Virus record (IMG/VR): IMGVR_UViG_3300038318_000146
Coordinates: 1-20,339 of that record
Direction: 5' to 3' (one strand)
Length of the DNA: 20,339 bases
DNA from: a virus
This document shows, piece by piece, positions 16,208-20,339 of this stretch (the first letter of the stretch is position 1; the number at the start of each line of letters is the position of its first letter). Made by a program: the position numbers and the translations under genes. Under the pieces are notes generated by a model. The model saw nothing but the letters and a program-made list of their open reading frames with translations. It made no database searches and was not told the DNA's origin.

Positions 16208-16498
16208 ATGAAACTTCTTTTTAATTACTCTGACTTTCACAAGTTCCCTCTCGATGCATGTTTCTCTACCTTACGCTTACTCCTCAATGACAATTTCAAT
16301 GGTGTCTACAAAGATGAGAATGGTAAACTCATTGCAGTCTTTGATTACAATGAAACAGAACGTGAGCAACGTATCATCCGTTCTGCATCAGGTTTTCTTG
16401 AAAATTATGGTTACGATTTAAAGCATCATACAGAGATTGTTGAATCGGTAGAGAACCTTGAATTTGTCACTAAAACGTGCGGTGTAGACTATGAGTAA
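16208..16498 (+). CDS. Hypothetical protein (96 aa)
   Basis: Operonic position; its stop overlaps the next gene's start. Confidence 0.7.
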   Translation: MKLLFNYSDFHKFPLDACFSTLRLLLNDNFNGVYKDENGKLIAVFDYNETEREQRIIRSASGFLENYGYDLKHHTEIVESVENLEFVTKTCGVDYE

Positions 16499-17441
16499 GA
16501 TTGATAAAATATATTCATCAAAATATTCACGTAGTTATACTAAAGATGAACTAGTGGCGATGAATAAATTATCTCTAGAAGAGAAGATAAAATTAACTAA
16601 TGATATTATAGATGAATTTTATACAGTAACTAATGGTTTAATGTATGTTTCTTTCAGTGGTGGTAAAGATTCTACTGTAATGGCTGATATTATTCTGAAA
16701 AGGTATCCCGATACACCTTTAGTTTTCTGTAATACGGGTTTGGAATATCCAGAAATTGTAGAATTTGTAAAACGTAGACAGAATGTAGTGTTTCTTAAAC
16801 CATCAAAACCATTTCATAAAGTATTAGAAGAACATGGTTATCCGGTTATTAGTAAGGAACAATCGCGTTATATTGAGGATGTGCAAAATAAAAGAAATAA
16901 TTGGGAAAGAAGATTAACAGGTAATAGTTTTGTTATTTCTAAAAAATGGAGATATTTAGTTGATGCACCTTTCAAAATATCTGAAAAGTGTTGTTTATAT
17001 CTCAAAAAAAATCCAATGAAAAAATATGAACATGAAACAAAGAGACAACCTCTGATTGGTGTAATGTTTAATGATAGTAATCTGCGTTTAAAATATATGT
17101 TAGAACAGGGTTTAATTCGTAATAATTCACGATTACAATGCACACCATTAGGTTTCTGGTCAGAGCAGGATATTTTAGAATACTTAGCAACATATAATCT
17201 TGATTACGCTTCAGTGTATGGTGATTTAACAAAGGAAAACGGTATATATAAATTATCAGGAGTACAACATACAGGTTGTATGTTCTGTATGTTTGGGGTT
17301 CATCTTGAGAAGGGCGAGAACAAGTTTCAACGAATGAAGAAAACACATCCTAAACAATGGGAATTTTGTATACATAAGTTAGGATTGGGTGAAATCCTTG
17401 ATTACATTGGTGTTGACTACGGTAAAGATAAATTCTGGTAG
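16491..17441 (+). CDS. PAPS-reductase-family PP-loop protein 1 (Fe-S motif)
   Basis: SFSGGKDS PP-loop, FCNTGLEYPE, KCC, TGCMFC. Confidence 0.9.
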   Translation: MSKIDKIYSSKYSRSYTKDELVAMNKLSLEEKIKLTNDIIDEFYTVTNGLMYVSFSGGKDSTVMADIILKRYPDTPLVFCNTGLEYPEIVEFVKRRQNVVFLKPSKPFHKVLEEHGYPVISKEQSRYIEDVQNKRNNWERRLTGNSFVISKKWRYLVDAPFKISEKCCLYLKKNPMKKYEHETKRQPLIGVMFNDSNLRLKYMLEQGLIRNNSRLQCTPLGFWSEQDILEYLATYNLDYASVYGDLTKENGIYKLSGVQHTGCMFCMFGVHLEKGENKFQRMKKTHPKQWEFCIHKLGLGEILDYIGVDYGKDKFW

Positions 17442-17450
17442 AGGTGCATT

Positions 17451-17939
17451 ATGAGTAAGATGGATGTGCATTATTCCTCAAAGGATATGGAATGGGAAAC
17501 TCCGCGTGATTTATTCGATGCATTGAACGACGAATTTAATTTTACGCTTGATCCGTGTGCAACATCACAGAACACGAAGTGTTACAAGTTCTTCACCATT
17601 GAAGATAATGGACTTCACAAAGATTGGAGTAAAGATATAGTCTTTATGAATCCACCTTACGGTAAGGAAATACCACGATGGGTAGAGAAGGCATATAATG
17701 AAGCATTATGTGGTGCTACCGTTGTTTGTCTTATTCCTGCTCGCACTGATACATCATATTGGCATAAATACATCATGCTTGCTGATGAGATTAGATTTAT
17801 CAGTGGTAGAGTTAAATTTACTAATCCTACTCATCGTAAACCTATGGCAGCACCATTTCCATCCTGCATTGTAGTATTTGGTGAACGTATGCGTAATGGA
17901 TTAACGAGTAAGGAGTGTATTAAATGCCGTTCAATTTAA
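17451..17939 (+). CDS. Phage N6-adenine DNA methyltransferase (phage Dam family)
   Basis: WETP..LF..L..EF.FTLDPCA, VFMNPPYG, LIPARTDTSYWH, IRFISGRVKF, APFPS. Confidence 0.93.
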   Translation: MSKMDVHYSSKDMEWETPRDLFDALNDEFNFTLDPCATSQNTKCYKFFTIEDNGLHKDWSKDIVFMNPPYGKEIPRWVEKAYNEALCGATVVCLIPARTDTSYWHKYIMLADEIRFISGRVKFTNPTHRKPMAAPFPSCIVVFGERMRNGLTSKECIKCRSI

Positions 17940-17940
17940 T
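17920..17940 (+). repeat. 21-bp direct repeat, copy 1 (TTAAATGCCGTTCAATTTAAT)
   Basis: Exact match to 18734-18754. Confidence 0.95.
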
Positions 17941-17958
17941 ACGTAATGGTGATTGATT

Positions 17959-18732
17959 ATGTTACGTGAAACAACATTTGAAGGTGTAATTGACAAGGAA
18001 TTAGTTGCAATAGAGCGTATTAAACAGTATGAACCAGAAGAAGGGTATTACGTTGCATTTAGTGGTGGTAAAGATAGTATTGTAGTTTATGATTTGGTGA
18101 AACGTGCAGGTGTTAAACATGATGTTCATTTTAGTGCGACTACAGTTGATCCACCTGAAGTTGTCAAATTCATAAAAACATATTATCCAGAAGTTGATTG
18201 GATTCGTCCTAAAAAATCAATGTTTCAAATAATTGTTAAACATATGATGTTACCTAAAGGTAATATGAGATTTTGTTGTCACGAATTAAAAGAAATTGGC
18301 GGCAAAGGAAGAACTGTTGTTCTTGGGGTGCGAAGAGAAGAATCAGTGAGGAGAAGAAACAGATTGGTATATGATGAATCTAAACGCCAAAAAGGAAAAA
18401 TGTTTCTTAATCCGATAGTTGATTGGTCTGAAGATGAAGTGTGGGAGTATATACATAAATATAATATACCTTATCCATGTTTATATGATGAAGGTTATAA
18501 ACGGATAGGTTGTATTTTATGCCCATTACAAAATATCAAAGGGAAAGAAAGAGATAAAGAACGGTATCCTAAATATTATAATGCTTATTTACTCGCTATA
18601 AAAAGAATGTTAAAAAAAAGAGAAGAAATTGGTAAACCGTTTAGAAATGGTAAAACACCGGAAGAAGTAATGAATTGGTGGATATATGGTAATAAAAAAC
18701 AAATAATCGAGTGTGAAAATGCATGGTGGTGA
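17959..18732 (+). CDS. PAPS-reductase-family PP-loop protein 2 (Fe-S motif); start ATG 17959
   Basis: AFSGGKDS, RFCC..LKE, LGVRREES..R, NPIVDWS..EVW.YI, LYDEGYKRIGCILCP; SD GGTGA at 17948-17952. Confidence 0.92.
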   Translation: MLRETTFEGVIDKELVAIERIKQYEPEEGYYVAFSGGKDSIVVYDLVKRAGVKHDVHFSATTVDPPEVVKFIKTYYPEVDWIRPKKSMFQIIVKHMMLPKGNMRFCCHELKEIGGKGRTVVLGVRREESVRRRNRLVYDESKRQKGKMFLNPIVDWSEDEVWEYIHKYNIPYPCLYDEGYKRIGCILCPLQNIKGKERDKERYPKYYNAYLLAIKRMLKKREEIGKPFRNGKTPEEVMNWWIYGNKKQIIECENAWW

Positions 18733-18733
18733 T

Positions 18734-18754
18734 TTAAATGCCGTTCAATTTAAT
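18734..18754 (+). repeat. 21-bp direct repeat, copy 2
   Basis: Exact match to 17920-17940; contains the start of the 18738 gene. Confidence 0.95.
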
Positions 18755-19244
18755 GAAGCGTATCATCAGTAAGGAGCAAATCTACCCTTCACAACTTGTA
18801 GGAAAGGAATACATGCTTCTCCGTATCTTTTCACAGGATGTAATGTATTTGGAGGAAGCGGATAAACTTAATCAATATTTATTCAAGATCAATCCATCTA
18901 TCTTCCGTGGATTACTTCTCCTACACGTTCAACAATTGAATCATATGCCTACCTGGATTCGTAAGGATAAGGTGAAGAAGGACAAGTTGGATACACTACT
19001 TGATGATTATTACGAGAAAACATCAAGTGCGCTTGATATGAGTAAGAAAGAGTTTGATGAGTATTCACCTCTTATTAAGATGCATATCAGTGACAAAGAT
19101 AACATGAAAACATTCCTTGCAGAAATGCAAGCAGATGAACAAATGTTTAAGAAACAGAAGGTTGCACTCGTAATGCCTGATAAAACACGCATTGAACAAT
19201 CGAAGAAGTCACATCAATGCAATTCACTTGATTACTTCTTTTAA
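18738..19244 (+). CDS. Clamp loader A subunit, T4 gp62-like
   Basis: YMLLRIFS...ADKLNQY...WIRKDKVK...YY aligns by eye with short gp62 homologues (NxxLS...N...WLRKDK...YY). C-terminal clamp-binding-like SLDYFF. Directly upstream of PolB. Confidence 0.75.
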   Translation: MPFNLMKRIISKEQIYPSQLVGKEYMLLRIFSQDVMYLEEADKLNQYLFKINPSIFRGLLLLHVQQLNHMPTWIRKDKVKKDKLDTLLDDYYEKTSSALDMSKKEFDEYSPLIKMHISDKDNMKTFLAEMQADEQMFKKQKVALVMPDKTRIEQSKKSHQCNSLDYFF

Positions 19245-19273
19245 CTCTTTTTTTCATTTCAGTAAGTTTATAA
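19245..19273 (+). promoter_or_regulatory. Oligo-T terminator followed by the TATA box (TTTATAA, 19267-19273) of polB
   Basis: A T-run follows the stop codon. The TATA box ends 24 nt before ATG 19298, and no SD is present. Confidence 0.6.
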
Positions 19274-19297
19274 CCATACAAACTATAATCATTACAC

Positions 19298-20339
19298 ATG
19301 ATTATAACCGAATCGATAGGGGATTCTATTATCATTCGTGGTCGAGATGAACACGGTGAGCGTTATGAGCAACGTATCAATCGCTTTCAACCCTATTTTT
19401 ACATTCCACGGCAGACTGTTGTAGGTGAAACTTATTATTCTCTGTTTGGAGAGACATTACAGCGTATTACGTGCGTTAATCAAAAGGACTTCAAATCATC
19501 GAGAAAACTGCATGAAATAACGTATGAAGGTGATGTGCCCCCTACTATTAGATACCTGATTGATAATTACTACCAAAAAGGTATTGAAAGTGAGGTGATT
19601 AGGGTATGTTTTTTTGATATTGAGACGGATGGAATACCCAATATCACGAAGGCAGACACTATGATTACTTCCATTGCTGCCTATGACAACTTCCGTAATC
19701 TCTATTATTGTTTTACAGTTGCACCTGATGGAGTAGTCAGTAAGGACAAATACACTCGTAAGATTCATTTTGATGGAAATGAAGTTGAAGCGCGTGTATT
19801 TATGTTTGCTACTGAAAAGGAAATGCTTAATAAATTTCTTGCATTGGTGCAACAACTTGATTTTGATCTCTTCCTTGCATGGAATGGTGATAGATTTGAT
19901 TATCCTTACCTATTTAACCGCATGAAAGCGTTGAAAATTAATCCACGTTTGTTATCTCCCATTAAACAGATGGGTAAGGGTTATGGTGACATTGTAGACA
20001 AACCACGCTGTAGGATTTGGTTAGATTTAATGGTGTGCTACAAGAAACTGTCTACACAGGAAATGGAATCATACTCCCTGGATTACATATCACGTTATGA
20101 ATTGGGTGCAGGTAAGATTGAGCATCAAGAAAAGTTTGAGGACTTTTGGCGCAATAATCTTGACAAGTTCATCGAGTATAATATCAAAGATGTCTACCTC
20201 ATGGTAAAGATCGAAGAGTCAAAGGGCATTGTCAAATATTTTGATACTATTCGTCGCTTTACTTTTTGCAGTTGGTATGATGTATTCTACAATAGTAAGG
20301 TACTTGATTGTTTCTTTTTACTCAAGGCTAAAGAGTATG
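19298..20339 (+). CDS. polB: Family B DNA polymerase, N-terminal and 3'-5' exonuclease part (truncated by the window end; not in ORF track)
   Basis: Hand-translated open frame from ATG 19298 to the end: FQPYFY, ExoI FFDIET, ExoII AWNGDRFDYPYL, SYSLDYI, ExoIII YNIKDV. Confidence 0.95.
   Translation, partial: MIITESIGDSIIIRGRDEHGERYEQRINRFQPYFYIPRQTVVGETYYSLFGETLQRITCVNQKDFKSSRKLHEITYEGDVPPTIRYLIDNYYQKGIESEVIRVCFFDIETDGIPNITKADTMITSIAAYDNFRNLYYCFTVAPDGVVSKDKYTRKIHFDGNEVEARVFMFATEKEMLNKFLALVQQLDFDLFLAWNGDRFDYPYLFNRMKALKINPRLLSPIKQMGKGYGDIVDKPRCRIWLDLMVCYKKLSTQEMESYSLDYISRYELGAGKIEHQEKFEDFWRNNLDKFIEYNIKDVYLMVKIEESKGIVKYFDTIRRFTFCSWYDVFYNSKVLDCFFLLKAKEY

Noticed and set aside
16491-18732. Annotating the PAPS-reductase-family genes as cysH sulfur-assimilation auxiliary metabolic genes
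   Set aside because: No pathway partners are present and the context is DNA methylation and replication, so the family name alone does not support that function.
1508-19855. Antisense or alternate-frame ORFs inside real genes (e.g. 1508-1957, 2251-2466, 8083-8271, 9068-9304, 10263-10595, 14539-15057, 16868-17143, 19496-19855)
   Set aside because: They are shadows of well-supported genes, with no motifs or expression signals.
5430-20339. Inteins, introns, homing endonucleases, programmed frameshifts, reverse transcriptase/DGR, integrase
   Set aside because: TerL, the MCM-like protein, RFC and the visible part of PolB are of ordinary or short length with contiguous motifs; no such signatures were seen.

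Overview
This window is part of an AT-rich tailed archaeal virus genome (Caudoviricetes), probably from a methanogen. The host call is an inference from TTTA(A/T)ATA TATA boxes with BRE-like elements, GGTGA/GGAG ribosome-binding sites, and MCM-, PCNA- and RFC-type replication genes. Positions 1-4830 are an accessory/regulatory region with small hypothetical genes, four small ORFs in 3980-4826 (three missed by the ORF track), an orphan IS200/IS605-type end and a likely replication origin (about 3630-3930). Positions 4942-9952 are a packaging module (TerS, TerL, portal, an inserted DNA methyltransferase, gp7/Mu F-like protein) with no capsid gene following it. Positions 9954-20339 are a replication module: MCM-like AAA+ protein, RPA-like SSB, Sak4/RecA-like ATPase, sliding clamp, RFC/gp44, a gp62-like clamp-loader subunit and PolB, which runs off the window end and is absent from the ORF track. 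A block of dCTP deaminase, two PAPS-reductase-family genes and a Dam-like methyltransferase interrupts this module. The strongest unusual signals are: (i) no AGCT site and only 8 GTAC sites in 20 kb, 5 of them in the putative origin; (ii) gene cassettes inserted with duplication of the downstream gene's start; (iii) an orphan methyltransferase with a clamp-binding-like tail; (iv) T4 45-44-62-43 gene order in an archaeal virus; (v) a bipartite motif repeated with an exact 20-bp variable spacer. All counts and alignments were done by eye and need computational confirmation.
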